Shown piece by piece: positions 38,401 to 48,906 of a stretch of 64,000 nt of DNA; within the stretch, counting starts at the first letter, position 1, and each line of letters opens with the position of its first letter. The notes beneath the pieces are model-generated. The model was not told the DNA's origin and did no database searches. It worked only from the letters and a program-made list of their open reading frames with translations. Position numbers and translations under genes: made by a program. Origin of the DNA: Octopus vulgaris (lineage: Eukaryota); NCBI GenBank assembly GCA_951406725.2, contig OX597823.1, positions 25,978,001 to 26,042,000 of the forward strand. Direction: 5' to 3'.

Positions 38401-39443
38401 CAGAATCTGTGAAAGAGTTTAGCTGCCATTTGTGGTTTCACTTTACCAACATAGCAACAGGCTCCAGCTATAAGGAGGTTGCAGCTTTTTCATTTATTTG
38501 AGCAGGATAGACAAATGATGATGATGATAAGGAAAGCAAAATCTATTCTTTGTTTCACAACTGAACAATCAGCAATAAGAGCACAGATCAATCAGTTCTG
38601 AGAAAGAGAGAAGGAAGTGGGGAAATCAACCCCAGTATTTGACTGGGACTTTACTGACCTGATAGAGGAAAAACCAAGCTGAACTCAGCAAGATTTGAAT
38701 AGAAAATGTTAAGAAATGGAACAATTCCTGCAAAGCACAACAATGATTCTGCCAATTGGTTGCCTTTGTTAACAGTAAGAAGGGACATTATTAAGGTAGG
38801 AAAAAAGTAAAATCATTCATACAAATAAACCATTTAACCCAAATGGCAGAAGAGTGATTTTACATAAACACAAAGTCAGAAGAGAGGAATATAGTTGATT
38901 TATTTGACCACAGTAAAAGCGCATGGAAAAGGGCCCATGCAGCACCATGTAAATGCATGCACCCAGCAGACTGTGTAAAGTGGTTGGCATTAGAAAGGAC
39001 ATCCAGCCATAGAAACCATGTCAAATCAGACATGTCAAATCTGGTGCAGCCCCTCAGCTTGCCAGCTCTGGTCAAACATTCTAACCCATTCCAGCATGGA
39101 CAACACATTAAATGATGATACTGACAATACTTCACTAGTACTTATCAACCCTGGAAAGGTGAAAGGTAAAGCTGACCTTGTTGGAAATGGATGTCAATCT
39201 GTATGTGGGTACTTTTAAAATACATTCAGATAAAGTGTAAAGAGAAGAAAAAAAAAAGCAAACTAAAACAAACTGCAACATGTGAAGTAAAAAAAAAAAG
39301 AAAAAAAAAAGAACCTATGCCAACATTTCATCCAAGAGTAGAGAATAGAAATACTTACCCATTGGGAGTCCGACTGACCTTGTCACAGATGTCCATAATA
39401 AGACCCCAGTCTTCAGTCGTACGCATTTCATTGGTGGCTTTTT
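5385..39443 (-). CDS. STAM: STAM (signal transducing adaptor molecule, ESCRT-0), spliced CDS of 15 exons, 5'-partial (ATG exon not in window)
   Basis: Hand-spliced exons give one open frame of 1580 nt: [23 protein letters not shown] (VHS), [15 protein letters not shown] (UIM), [21 protein letters not shown]...DPNWWKG...GLFPANFV (SH3), [37 protein letters not shown] (GAT/coiled coil), ending QPLL*. All introns are GT-AG and phases match. Confidence 0.97.
6520..6733 (-). mobile_element. tRNA-derived SINE, family 1
   Basis: Minus strand: aaggcagtgagctagc...gagttcaaat (B box)...cctttcatcctttcgtggtc...; >15 related copies in the window. Confidence 0.85.
8154..8377 (-). CDS. STAM: STAM exon 15 (224 nt): PPP-Q11[16 protein letters not shown]...AAQQPYN(G), P/Q-rich tail
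   Basis: atttccacag|CCACCA...TATAATGG|gtaagt; open frame, phase 0 in and phase 2 out match the flanking exons. Confidence 0.88.
8913..9369 (+). mobile_element. tRNA-head SINE, family 2, with internal (CA)n(TA)n and an RTE-type (GAT)n tail
   Basis: ggcacaggtgtggctgtatg...gagttcagtccc...ccttgggcaagtgtcttctactatag...catggaaaaatgtgatgtaaaaacgataatgatgatgatg. Confidence 0.8.
9584..9792. repeat. Degenerate ~58-bp tandem repeat, ~4 units
   Basis: Recurrent aggtattct...tctctg...agagttcagctcaa...agcta units. Confidence 0.7.
10042..11237. mobile_element. Internally rearranged non-autonomous DNA-transposon-like element
   Basis: Modular direct duplications in 10046-10600; right end ...ggctacatgctacactg (reverse complement CAGTGTAGCATGTAGCC) resembles tgtagcgagtagcc at ~10360; CpG richer than flanks. 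Confidence 0.5.
11711..11864 (-). CDS. STAM: STAM exon 14 (154 nt): [51 protein letters not shown]
   Basis: gttgacag|GAAACAC...CCACAG|gtaggc; lies within ORF 11621..11968. Confidence 0.95.
12925..13045 (-). mobile_element. RTE-related SINE-like repeat, family 3, 3' portion
   Basis: catcatcatcgtttagcatccgctttccatgctagcatgggttggacgg...ggatgcccttcctaacgcc; same family at 16855-17763 and 60112-61350. Confidence 0.85.
13224..13278 (-). CDS. STAM: STAM exon 13 (55 nt): [17 protein letters not shown](K)
   Basis: tttgcag|AACAATG...GACAA|gtaagc; MGPLID motif. Confidence 0.96.
14517..14740 (-). mobile_element. RTE-like LINE 3' end fragment
   Basis: Minus translation [19 protein letters not shown]...[17 protein letters not shown] followed by a (GAT)n tail. 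Confidence 0.55.
14741..15733 (+). mobile_element. Decayed Tc1/mariner transposase (DD37D/maT-like), pseudogenised
   Basis: ORF 14753..15061 has an HTH-like [19 protein letters not shown]...EDIRYKPY. Downstream frames read [58 protein letters not shown], with stops and frameshifts. Confidence 0.85.
16433..16523 (-). CDS. STAM: STAM exon 12 (91 nt): [30 protein letters not shown](E)
   Basis: actatag|GCAAAG...CTTGAAG|gtaaaa; GAT domain. Confidence 0.94.
16855..17763. mobile_element. Three family-3 repeats in alternating orientation (+16855-17075, -17101-17370, +17465-17763)
   Basis: ggcacgtaaaaagcacc...ggttggcgttaggaagggcatccagctgtag...gatgatgatg and its reverse complement. Confidence 0.85.
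17780..18128. mobile_element. Tail-to-tail inverted pair of family-2 SINE 5' halves
   Basis: ggtgcaggcttgg...cttgggcaagtgtcttctac (+) and gtagaaaacacttgctcaaag...catgcttgcacc (-). Confidence 0.75.
18148..18585 (-). mobile_element. Two tandem family-1 SINEs separated by (AAT)n
   Basis: Two ~210-bp copies with the same head, body and tail. Confidence 0.85.
19384..19469 (-). CDS. STAM: STAM exon 11 (86 nt): (M)[28 protein letters not shown]
   Basis: tcttcag|TGAAAG...GATGAG|gtgaat; KKxVQF motif typical of STAM. Confidence 0.94.
19903..19997 (-). CDS. STAM: STAM exon 10 (95 nt): [33 protein letters not shown]3 C-half
   Basis: ttttatag|GGACCC...GAAGAGA|gtatgt; lies within ORF 19778..20041. Confidence 0.97.
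20946..21031 (-). CDS. STAM: STAM exon 9 (86 nt): [28 protein letters not shown](T), SH3 N-half
   Basis: ctgatacag|GTGAGA...GATAC|gtaagt. Confidence 0.97.
21141..21358. repeat. Degenerate ~31-bp minisatellite, ~7 units
   Basis: Unit approximately gacatgtagacatrtctcagttgtccaaggt. Confidence 0.8.
23077..23650. mobile_element. Family-1 SINE cluster: full minus-strand copy 23077-23305 followed by two partial plus-strand copies
   Basis: aaaggatgaaaggcaaagtcgacctcagcagaatt versus aattctgctgaggtcaattttgtctttcatcc. Confidence 0.8.
24156..24274 (-). CDS. STAM: STAM exon 8 (119 nt): [39 protein letters not shown]
   Basis: ttttcag|CCATTG...CGCAAA|gtatgt; UIM second half and conserved SLYP. Confidence 0.95.
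24736..25231 (+). mobile_element. Solo LTR (496 bp), probably Gypsy-type
   Basis: Termini TGTAGTG...CATTACA (6/7 inverted); 4-bp TSD TAAC at 24732-24735 and 25232-25235; 3 x ~27-bp tandem in the U3-like region; AATAAA at 25098; high CpG. Confidence 0.88.
25520..25695 (-). mobile_element. tRNA-derived CORE-type SINE
   Basis: Minus: gcatggcctagtggttagg (A box)...ttcttgagcaaaacacttcatttcacattgctgcagtccactcagctgtaaatggg (CORE-like); related copies at ~20750-20895 and ~44975-45100. Confidence 0.7.
25994..26069 (-). CDS. STAM: STAM exon 7 (76 nt): [25 protein letters not shown](A), first half of UIM
   Basis: tttaacag|CCAAAG...GCAAAAG|gttaac; phases fit both neighbours. Confidence 0.93.
26150..26389 (-). 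mobile_element. Full-length, little-diverged family-1 SINE
   Basis: A/B boxes (gagctggcaaaaacgttag; gagttcaaatt), body gtcgactttgcctttcatcc, tail ...ccccttgtggacaataaagaaataag. Confidence 0.88.
29588..29654 (-). CDS. STAM: STAM exon 6 (67 nt): [22 protein letters not shown], end of VHS
   Basis: ctctctag|CTTGATG...ACAGTG|gtaagc. Confidence 0.95.
30660..30745 (-). CDS. STAM: STAM exon 5 (86 nt): [28 protein letters not shown](N)
   Basis: ttttcag|GCTCAC...CTAAA|gtaagt. Confidence 0.95.
31971..32069 (-). CDS. STAM: STAM exon 4 (99 nt): [33 protein letters not shown]
   Basis: tttccag|CTTCTG...CAAAAA|gtaagt; classic VHS LLDACVxNCG..FH motif. Confidence 0.96.
32997..33072 (-). CDS. STAM: STAM exon 3 (76 nt): [25 protein letters not shown]
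   Basis: tttttcag|GCCCAAA...TTAACT|gtgagt; VHS helix motif. Confidence 0.95.
33100..34030 (-). mobile_element. Highly degenerate RTE-like LINE fragment
   Basis: Broken minus translation ...[37 protein letters not shown]...[11 protein letters not shown]...[16 protein letters not shown] resembles the inter-domain region of RTE ORFs. Confidence 0.55.
35208..35517 (-). mobile_element. TSD-flanked non-autonomous retroelement with tRNA B-box, (AAT)n, a hammerhead-like core and an inverted 3' end (Penelope-like architecture)
   Basis: 15-bp direct repeat actccaaatagtata at 35193-35207 and 35518-35532; inverted arms 35212-35254 and 35449-35493; GAGTTCGATTCC at 35421-35432 (-). Confidence 0.8.
35254..35296 (-). 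ncRNA. Degenerate minimal (type I) hammerhead ribozyme motif
   Basis: GACAC-CUGAUGA-A-GGCUG-gagggtatat-CAACC-GAAA-U-GUGUU: core, stem II and stem I are present; stem III and the cleavage triplet are collapsed in this copy. Confidence 0.6.
39359..39443 (-). CDS. STAM: STAM exon 2 (85 nt): (E)[27 protein letters not shown](G), start of VHS domain
   Basis: atttcag|AAAAAGCC...CCCAATGG|gtaagt. Confidence 0.95.
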
Positions 39444-40624
39444 CTGAAATACAAAAATGTCAAATCAATAAATTATTTCTTTTTTAAGGTACAACAAAGA
39501 CATGGAAAAATTGCTATCAAATTATTTAAAACAAGCACTAAAAAAGTGGGGTGTGTAGACATTATTTTCATCTTGATGTACACCCACCTTTAGCATGTCT
39601 TTTTTTTATAATCCTTAACGCTTTTGATGCCAATTTGACTGAGACCAGTCTCTGATTTTATGAGACAAAACCATCTACGCTAAAGTGTTCCTATATAAAT
39701 TAACACCTTCCATCTTATTTTCATGTAAGAACATTTTTATGTTTTATGTAGTGACCTTAAGGTCACTACCTATGTTCCAGTTAAATATAGCCATTAATGA
39801 CAAGCCAATAATGAGATTTGATTAAAAGGATTTCACATCATGAAGGTCATCCAGCCATAAAACACTACCTTCAGAAGTCCCATCCAACCCATGATAGCAT
39901 ATGAAAACAGATGTAAAAATAGTGATGCTGATGATAAGTGTAATTGTACTGTAGCATAGATCTATTGTAGTTGTACAGTGATAAGTACTGGGAAACAACA
40001 TAATTAACAGTAGATAAAATCTGAACTTGTGGCTTTATGAGTAATAGCCGTATATTTTAATCATTTATCCATTGGCATGCACCAATGTGATTATCTGCTT
40101 GGTTTCTCAACCTACTAAAAATAGAAACCAAATCACCCTCACAACACATCTTTCCATTTTCATTAAGAAAATTACACATGGTCCTACATACTACTAAACA
40201 GATGGTATAGTCATGACTATCATAGATCATAGATCTGCTCAATCAGAACTTCTAAACAACAGCAACCTCTTGGACATTGAATTGCATAGTACAGTACCTG
40301 AACATCAGGGCAGCTTTTGCAATTATGAAAGGAATTTTAGAATTTAAACTCATTATTAATGCCAAAAATTAAACATACGAGTGAAACATGGTCCTCAGAC
40401 TAGGGAGAGTAATAACTCTAGATAAGAACTGACTCAGAGAGTGAAAGTCTGTATAACCCATGTGAGTAAAAAAAGTGGATGAAGATATTTATTAATTCAA
40501 CACATATTCCTCCTGTTTATTAATGTTTTGTGAGTTTTTAGTAAAAACAAAAACAAAGAACTTTTTTACGTTTATGTATTTGTTTTGCACAATTCCTGAT
40601 CAGAAATTGTGTGTTGAAACAGAT

Positions 40625-40960
40625 TACTATATTTGAAGATGTTTATATTTTTGCCAATTAACCACATGCAGTGATATATTCATTCTTTACTTCAACTTTA
40701 TTATTATTATTTTAGTGTCCTTTGTGTGAAATCTTTCATCACACATCCTGTGACTGCTTTAGTGACTCTCTAAGCTTTGTGTCCCCTCCAGGACAGGAGG
40801 AAACAGGTGCGATGAGGAGTCTCTAAAGGGGTCACAGGCTGTGTGATGAAAGATTTCAGACAGAGAGCACAAAAATAATAATAAAGCAGAATTGAAGACC
40901 AAGTTCATAGTGTGTGTATGTGGTTAATTGGCAAAAACATGACAATTCCCAAATATAACA
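40625..40960. repeat. Long imperfect inverted repeat (~145-bp arms, ~48-bp spacer)
   Basis: tttttgccaattaaccacat...gaaatctttcatcacacatcctgtgac versus gtcacaggctgtgtgatgaaagatttc...atgtggttaattggcaaaaa. Confidence 0.85.
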
Positions 40961-41439
40961 ATAAAAAACGTTTTAATTAAAAATAATTAACCAAGTCTAT
41001 TTGAAAGTTAAACAATTAGTAACTTTATAGGCTAAAGACAAAAAACTCTTCTATAAGTCACTAAATTACTAGCAGATAAAAACAAAACCTAAGAGAGGAA
41101 AGAAAGAATAGATGTAAAAGAAAAACTATGTTAATCTAAAAACAAAAATAATAAAATACTTATTTTAAATTAAAAAAAAAGTTCAGCCCTATTTTCTCAT
41201 CCCAAATGATTTACTGTAGAGAGTTTAGACTAAGCCTTGGGAGGGAAATGACATCATTACTTGGAATTGAGACTACAACCAAGATGACTAGCAGAATCAG
41301 GAATTCTTTACAAAGTACAAACCAACATTCCAAACTTTTTACTTTTTTTTTATGTTCATCTTTTTCTATCTATGACTTTCTTTAGGAGTCTGTAATATAA
41401 AACTCCTAATAACTACTGTCTTATCAAGACAGAATGCAA

Positions 41440-41990
41440 TCTTTTCTACTATAGGCACAAAGCCTGAAATTTTGGGGGAAGGAGCAAGTCAGTTACATCA
41501 ACCCTAGTACTCAACTGGTACTTAATTTACTGACCCCGAAAGGATGAAAGGCATTATAATAATAATAATAATAATGGCTTCAAACTTTGGCACAAGTTGA
41601 CCAATTTTAGTGGGAGGGCAATAGTGAATTACATCAATTCCAATACTTGACTTTGTTGACTCTGAAAGGTCAAAAAGCTGAGTGGGCCTTAGTGGGATTT
41701 GAACACAGAAATGCCATTCAGCACTTTGCTTGGTTCAGCAACAAGTCTGTCAGCTCACTGCCTTCACCAATAATAATAATCTTTTCTGCTATAGGCACAA
41801 GGCCTGAAATTGATGGGGAGGACTAGTCAATTACATCAACCCCAGTGTTTCATTGGAACTTAATCTATTGATCCCGAAAAGGTCAAAAGAAAAGTCGATC
41901 TTGGTGGAACGTGAACTCAGAACGTAGCGAAGGGCAAAATACCACTAAACATTTCATCTAGTGTGCTAATGATTCTGCCAGTTCGCCGCT

Positions 41991-42027
<37 letters not shown>

Positions 42028-42230
42028 TGGTCAGGTACAAAGCCAGTAATTTTGAGGCAAAGAGGTTAGGTTGATAACAATGACCCCTGTACTTGACTGG
42101 TACTTTATTTTATTGACCACAGTGGGATGAAAAGTAAAACTGACCCGGGTAGGATTTGCACTGAGAATATTAAGAGCTGGAATAAATGTGACATAGCATT
42201 TTTTTTTGACACTAATTATTCTGCTAACTT
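41440..42230 (-). mobile_element. Head-to-tail array of four family-1 SINEs joined by (AAT)n
   Basis: Copies at ~41440-41553 (partial), 41575-41765, 41780-41992 and 42025-42230. Confidence 0.8.
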
Positions 42231-44146
42231 AAAAAAAAAAAAAAATCTAAGGTACATCAGGTGAATCCTTTGGGTGGAAAACAGAAAATAGGTTTACCCG
42301 TGACTAAGTTAATGGGAGAGAGAAAAAGAAAGTAAAACTGTAGTCAAAAAGCCAACTTTTTAGAGGTGAGATACAGACCTAAATGGAAGACAGCAAAGTG
42401 ATGCTGGATAAAAGAATCTTAGAAAAGATATGATGGTAGGTGTATCAGGTAGATAGATTGGGGCAAACAGGAAGGTTTTCAATGGAGAATGAGTAATGTT
42501 TGATAAACTGCTATGATTAATAAGAGAGAAAAGTATAGGTTAGAGGGGGGAGGGATGGTAATTAATTAGGTGTGGCAATATGGTGTCTGAGGAGAGGGTT
42601 ATCAGTGAATGAGAAATTGGCAATCAGGTAGGTGGTATTCTTATATACAATGGACAGTGTAGTGGTGAATTGTTGGCTTCTATCTTTATATAGTAACAAC
42701 AGTAGTTAAGGTTGGTTAAACAGGAGATTTGGAGTAGGTGGAAGTGGCTAGTAGATTAATGGGAGGTGGGGATTAGAGAGATTATTGAGAGGGATGAAAG
42801 TGAGAGTAATGAGAGAGAGAATGTGAAAGAGTGTGAGAGAGGTAGATTGAGAGAAACAACTTTCTATTGAACAAAGTATGAAACAGATTCAGTTATCAAA
42901 ATTGCATTGTTCCCATGCTGGAGGACAATTAATTATCAATATTTCATTCTATTTTAACTGTAAATAGATAGCAAGACCTAGAAGGAGATTTACCTGGTAC
43001 ATAATAGCGTATCAGGTGGTGGGGTCCCTATATATTTCTCATACCCAACCAAAAAAACAGCCTCTTTCCATTACATTATTTTATGAAAGTTATCAAACAT
43101 GTAGCTCTTCATCTATTTTCTTGGCCTTTTACCAGAATCTATCTGTTTTTCTTATGAAACAGATCATTTCATTTAGTGAAGGGATGATTGATGATATCAA
43201 TGAACTAGGTTGTCAAATATATCTGATTTTAGATATTGCATCCATTTTTAGCTTCATATGCCTGAGTAAAATTTAAATGAATCATAGAGCCAAAAATTGA
43301 ATCCTAATTGATTAAAAAAACACAACAATAATAATAATTGTGAGAGATACTTCTGAAAGAAAAAGCTCAGTATAAAATCCATCTTTCTAAAAACTATTAT
43401 TTAGGTTCATGAATTGTATTTAATTATTAATTTTAATTTTGTCACAAATTAGGAAGTTTGTTACATCCAAATTATAATTACAAACTATTATCTTAATGTT
43501 AGAGAACTTTAGGATCAAAATAAACAATGAAGTCTAATTCATGGAAAATTTTGTCTAAATCAAAAGAGAAAGGAAATAGAAAATAATAGATTCATTTCAT
43601 TTTCATTTTAGTTTTTTTTAAATGGCTGTATGGTTAAGAAGTTCACTTCCCAACGTGTGGTTTCTGGTTCAGTCTCACTGCATGCCACCTTAAATCTGTT
43701 GATTCAGCAAGACTGAATATTATAAATATTGAATCAAATTTTGCAGATTAAAAAAGCCAGGGAAACTCATTTCATCAGCTGATTAGGCTTCTCATTGCTT
43801 CGTATAAAGTATGTTAGCTTGAGATTAACCATCACATTCAATTATACTTTTCAAAAGCATATATCTATAAAATTTGTCAATTTTTGTATCGGATATTTTT
43901 CTATAATGAAAAAGAAAAAAAAAAAATGCAATTTTATGTTATGCCATTATCTTTACTGAAAACATTTAAATGAGGATTTACGGTCCAAAAAAACCTTGTA
44001 GACAAATGGTATTGTAACAGCAGTGGATTAGCAGAACAATCTAACTTAATGGAAATATCATTGTCAAAACTTCAAAATTCTTGAGATAATAAGGTCACGG
44101 TTGATCAAACACTGGGTTAAACCACATCAATTCGCAAACATTTTAA

Positions 44147-44354
44147 CCCTTTGGTGTTTAAGCTGGCCATATCCGGCCCAAATATCCTACATGTTTTACA
44201 TATCCAGCCCATCACACCTAACCTACATTGACATTCTAAGAATAAACTATCACACCATTGAAACTTCAAAGCTGTTAGATAATGTATGATTAATTGAAAA
44301 TAATTTTAGTGAAAAAAGTATTACATTTAACAGATTAATCTGAACACTAAAGGG
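44147..44354. mobile_element. piggyBac-type MITE (208 bp)
   Basis: TTAA|CCCTTTGGTGTTT...GAACACTAAAGGG|TTAA; homologous to 51495-51700. Confidence 0.85.
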
Positions 44355-47244
44355 TTAAACTTTAAGAATTATCAAAGTTATAGATGAAAACAACAAATAA
44401 GGAATTGTCATGAGATTAGTTGAGATCCTATTAATCCTATCTTATTAGGATACTTTGGTATTTGAGGGAAGAAATAACAAACAGGGAATTGTCTTAAGAC
44501 TAGTAGCATCTCTACAAATCAATCACATTGAAAGACCAGTGTCAATTCAAAGCACAAAATGTCAAACAAAACACTTCAACTATTAATAAAATACATTAGA
44601 GTGAATTGTACTCCAGGTCAGCTTTGACTGAGCACAACAATAATCAAATGCATTCCAGTTATAATCATCTCATATTTTTAAGGAATAATATATCTAATAC
44701 TACATTATCTTGGATACACATATCTCCATTCCTTTTTAATACAGTAAAGTGCAATTTGAGGGAAATTTGGTTGCTCTTTCTAATAGAACAAGAAACTGCA
44801 TACTGCAGGAGTGGACAAACTTTAGAAGATTGAATTTCAAGTGAATGTATGGAGATGCATCTGTGATGAGAAAAATAATGACTAATTTTACAAATTAACT
44901 GATATGCCTGTGACCATATCAAGCAACATTAATTAAAACATGCTACTTTAATTAATAAGATAATGATTTTCTCTAATGAAGGCACATTTAGGGGTTGATC
45001 TCACAATCATAAGGTCATGGGTTCAATTCCTGAGCTGGAATTGTCTCCTTGAGCAAGTCACTTAATTTCACATTGGTCCAGTCTATTCAGCTGAAATTTA
45101 ATACCATTTAAGTGCTGGGGAAGTCTCTCTCCCACCAGCTGTCATGTCCTTGGTGCTATACTGAGTCAATGTTGGGTGAGATAAGAAGTTGTTTATGTCT
45201 GCTTATGATTGACTAAGCATCAAAAACAATTAGCAAAAACATGGCACTTGCTACCAAGTCATTCTCTCTTGCAAGTGACAGCTTTGCTATTATTATTATT
45301 GTTATTATTATCATTATTAATGCTATTATATTTAAAATAACTTTATGAAGTGCTAATATTAAAGTATTGCTTTTATCTTAAGGATTAAACAATCATCTAA
45401 GCAATTGGATTTTAAAAAAACTGATTGGTAATAGGCTTCAAATTTGACAGAAGGTGAAATTTTGACCACTTTGGGGTTTATTTAGGGATTGGTGATTGTT
45501 GTTTAGCCCCATGTCAGCCCTGACAGCAGACTTTATGATGAAAGTAATTCCAACCATGACCACCCAAAGTTTTTCTTTCAAGAATAGTGTGTTTAGGATG
45601 ACAAGAATTAATAAGACTTTCCTCTTTTTAAGAAGGTAGAGTAATAATTAAAGGGAGATGTACCTAGTATTTCTAACAGGCAAAGCAAGTGTAGAGACTT
45701 TCATATAAAATATATATCCATCTCATTAAGCAAATAAACTGCCCTATTCCTTCATGCTTGTCTTTTAAGGGCTGACTGGTAGAACCCCCAGGTTTAGTTT
45801 TAAGACAACATTAGTTTGTTTTCACTTACAGTTTTGATCATTTTTAACATTTAAATCAACTTTGACATCATTGTAGTTCTATACTATTTTATGTTCATCC
45901 ATAGAAACATGTAATGCAACTTTCATAGTTTTATAAATACCAACTTAAGTAATTTGGTAAGTCAAGTGTACCTTGGATACAGATTAATTTAGCCACCACC
46001 ACATACGTTTATTGACTTCTACTTCTAAGCATTGGTGTGTATTTACATATTCACAGTAAACTACTCTCAGTATGTCCTCATCAAGTTCACATCCTACTGT
46101 TCCACCATGTCTGATATCATCCACTCTCTCCCTCTTTTATATTCACTCTATTATGTTGCAGGTGTCAGAAAAGTAGCACTACTCTGTACTCTATCACCAC
46201 TCTTTCTTTATAACTTGTCATCTCTCTCCAAGTGAGTCATTTGCTACTGCCCACCCCTATTACTATCCATCACACTCTCCTCTTCCAATCATTCCATTTC
46301 TACCATCATACTCTTGCTACCTCCTCTCACCTGTCCTGGTTTCACTGGCATAACTATCTCCTATCCCTCTTTGTGATCATGGTAAGTGATCACAAAGATC
46401 TAGTTTTGTGGGATACAAAACAAACCCATATTGCTGATGCCATGATAAAATACACCCAGTACACCCTGCAAAATGATTGGCGAATGAACTAAAAGCTTAG
46501 AATTAAGACAGATCCTTTAGTTTTGACAACCTTTCTAGCACTGGTACTATGATAAAATGCACTCAATACACTTTGTGAAGTAGTTGGTGATAGGAAGGGC
46601 ATCCAGCCATAGAAACTGAACCAAAAATGCTCGCAAAATATGGTCCTCCAAGTCCAAATAAGAAATCTGAAACTCTGATGACCCATTTAGCCTATACAAG
46701 CACGGAAATCACACAGAAAATGACGACGATGATGATGATGATGCATGATTTTACAAATGAAGGAAAGTGAACTTAATATGTAAAGCAGAGTATATACAAT
46801 CCCTTTTACTTCTGTAACAATTTCAGCTAATAAAAGATTACACACACACGTTTATGTATCCTAAAGCAGGTGCAATGATGGATTAAATAGAATCTTAGTT
46901 GTATGACTGAGAACTGTTATAAGCATTGTTCTAAATAACTTTCATTTCATTGTCAACTAACAGCTCCTCGTTATTCTCCACATGGTGACAGTGACTGCAA
47001 TGAGTCAGATGTTTGTCTTGGTGGTATGTTGTGTGTGCACAGTATACATTCCCAAAAGCCTGGTTTAGGATTATGTCTCTTCATCTAACCCTATGCTAAA
47101 GCAGCATCACCACCAGCCAGGGGGAGGAAATCCAAAAGAAGATAAAGATTTGTGGATGACCTTTGTGGACCGTCAAATGATCCAACCAAGTATAGGACAT
47201 TTGGTAGTTCATCATCATTAGCTGCAGCAGCAGCAAACAAATAA

Positions 47245-47930
47245 TAATAATAATAATGGTTTTAAATTTTGATGCAGGGCCAGCAATTTCAGGGGGGGGG
47301 TAAGGTCAATTTCATCAATCCCAGTGCTCAGCTGGTACTTGTTTTAACAATCCCAAGAGGATGAATGGCAAAGACGACCTTAGTGGCATTTGAACTCGGA
47401 ATGTAAAGAGACAAAATGTTACAAAGCTGCCAGTTCTCTGCCTTATATACTAATAATGATGAAGGTTTCTAACAGTGGTATGAGGTCGAATTTTCTGAGG
47501 GGAAGATATAAAGTTAATTAAATAAATTGCCTGTCTATTTGTAACCTGCCTCTTTGTATCTGTCAAACAGATGATTAGTGTTCTTTACATTGATGAGCAC
47601 AGATAATGGGGTGAAATTTTAACTCAGAAAGTAATAAAATATTGTAAGGTCACTAATTAGTCCAGATAATTGGCACTCTGCAAGTTCTACCTTCCATCAT
47701 ATTAATAATAACAGGTTCTAAATTAGGCACAACACCAAAAATTCAAAGTGCAAGAAACAGGTGTTTAATCTGACCTCAGTATATGACTGAATAATCTAAT
47801 GACCTTTGCTGGATGGCAACCAAAATTGACCTCATTGAGATTTGAACTCAAAACAAAGGTATGTGTGTAATTGTTAAACAACATTTTGTGTAGCATTCTA
47901 CTGCTCTATGTGCCATCCACCTCCCTGACA
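47245..47930 (-). mobile_element. Tandem array of about three degenerate family-1 SINEs
   Basis: Repeated ...atcccagtgctcagctggtactt...gatgaatggcaaagacgacctt...tttgaactc units separated by aataat. Confidence 0.65.
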
Positions 47931-48424
47931 ATAATTTCTAACAAAGATAAAGGCTACATATATCCTGATCATCAATAATAATAAAGCAATGTATGGCGCT
48001 TGTCCCTGATATAGTTAGCAATGAGAGAGAGAGAGAGAGAGAGAATGGGACTTCATGTTACAGCTATTTTTAGTTTTTAGTAAGGTTAGAACATTTCAGA
48101 ATTTAAATCCAGTCAGGCTAAGTTTCCTTCTCTTTAACTCTTCTAGGTTCAATATATTAAATACAAATAATATACTCGGGGCTATTTAACAGACTATAAG
48201 CATAACCCTTTCTGCTAACAAACAGTCTTGCATTGTAGCAAAAATAATAATAATAATAATTATTATTATTATTATTATTATTATGATGATTAACATTGTT
48301 CAAGACTAGCAAAAGGAAGTGAATGCTTGGCAAGTTATGAAAGCTTAACTGGAGGATCAATCATTTCAAATGATGTTAACTGGAAGAGGTAGCATTCACG
48401 CTCTAAAATCTATCAATAAAACTC

Positions 48425-48469
<45 letters not shown>

Positions 48470-48584
48470 ACGCGCGCGTGTTAGTGTGATCTGTATTAGA
48501 ACCCCATATGTACAAGTTTCATGCAGTCAGACTTATCAAACTTTCTGCACTCAGTGAATGGAAAGCAACAATAATGGTTTAATG

Positions 48585-48906
48585 CATAGGTTCTCAAAGT
48601 GGGTGCTACCCCCCCACCCCCAATGGGCATTGAGAGGGTCCAGGTGGGCACTGGTTTTTAAGGGGGGGGTAGTAGAAAAAAAGGAGGCATTGGGAGGAAG
48701 GCAGTGGATTGAGGCACGCTGTGAATTTATAATATTATAATATTGTAAACAAATCATATAATATATCAAATATCAAATGATTCATAGTATATATAAATTA
48801 GTAAAATATAAAATATTTATTTATACATAAAAAATAGGAGTGGGAGTGCTGAGGGTATTATGTGGCCATGGGGGAGACAGTGGCCCAAAAAGTTTGAGAA
48901 CCTCTG
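48585..48906. mobile_element. hAT (Charlie-like) MITE (322 bp)
   Basis: TIR CATAGGTTCTCAAAG...GTTTGAGAACCTCTG; 8-bp TSD gtttaatg / gtttaaag (7/8 match). Confidence 0.85.
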
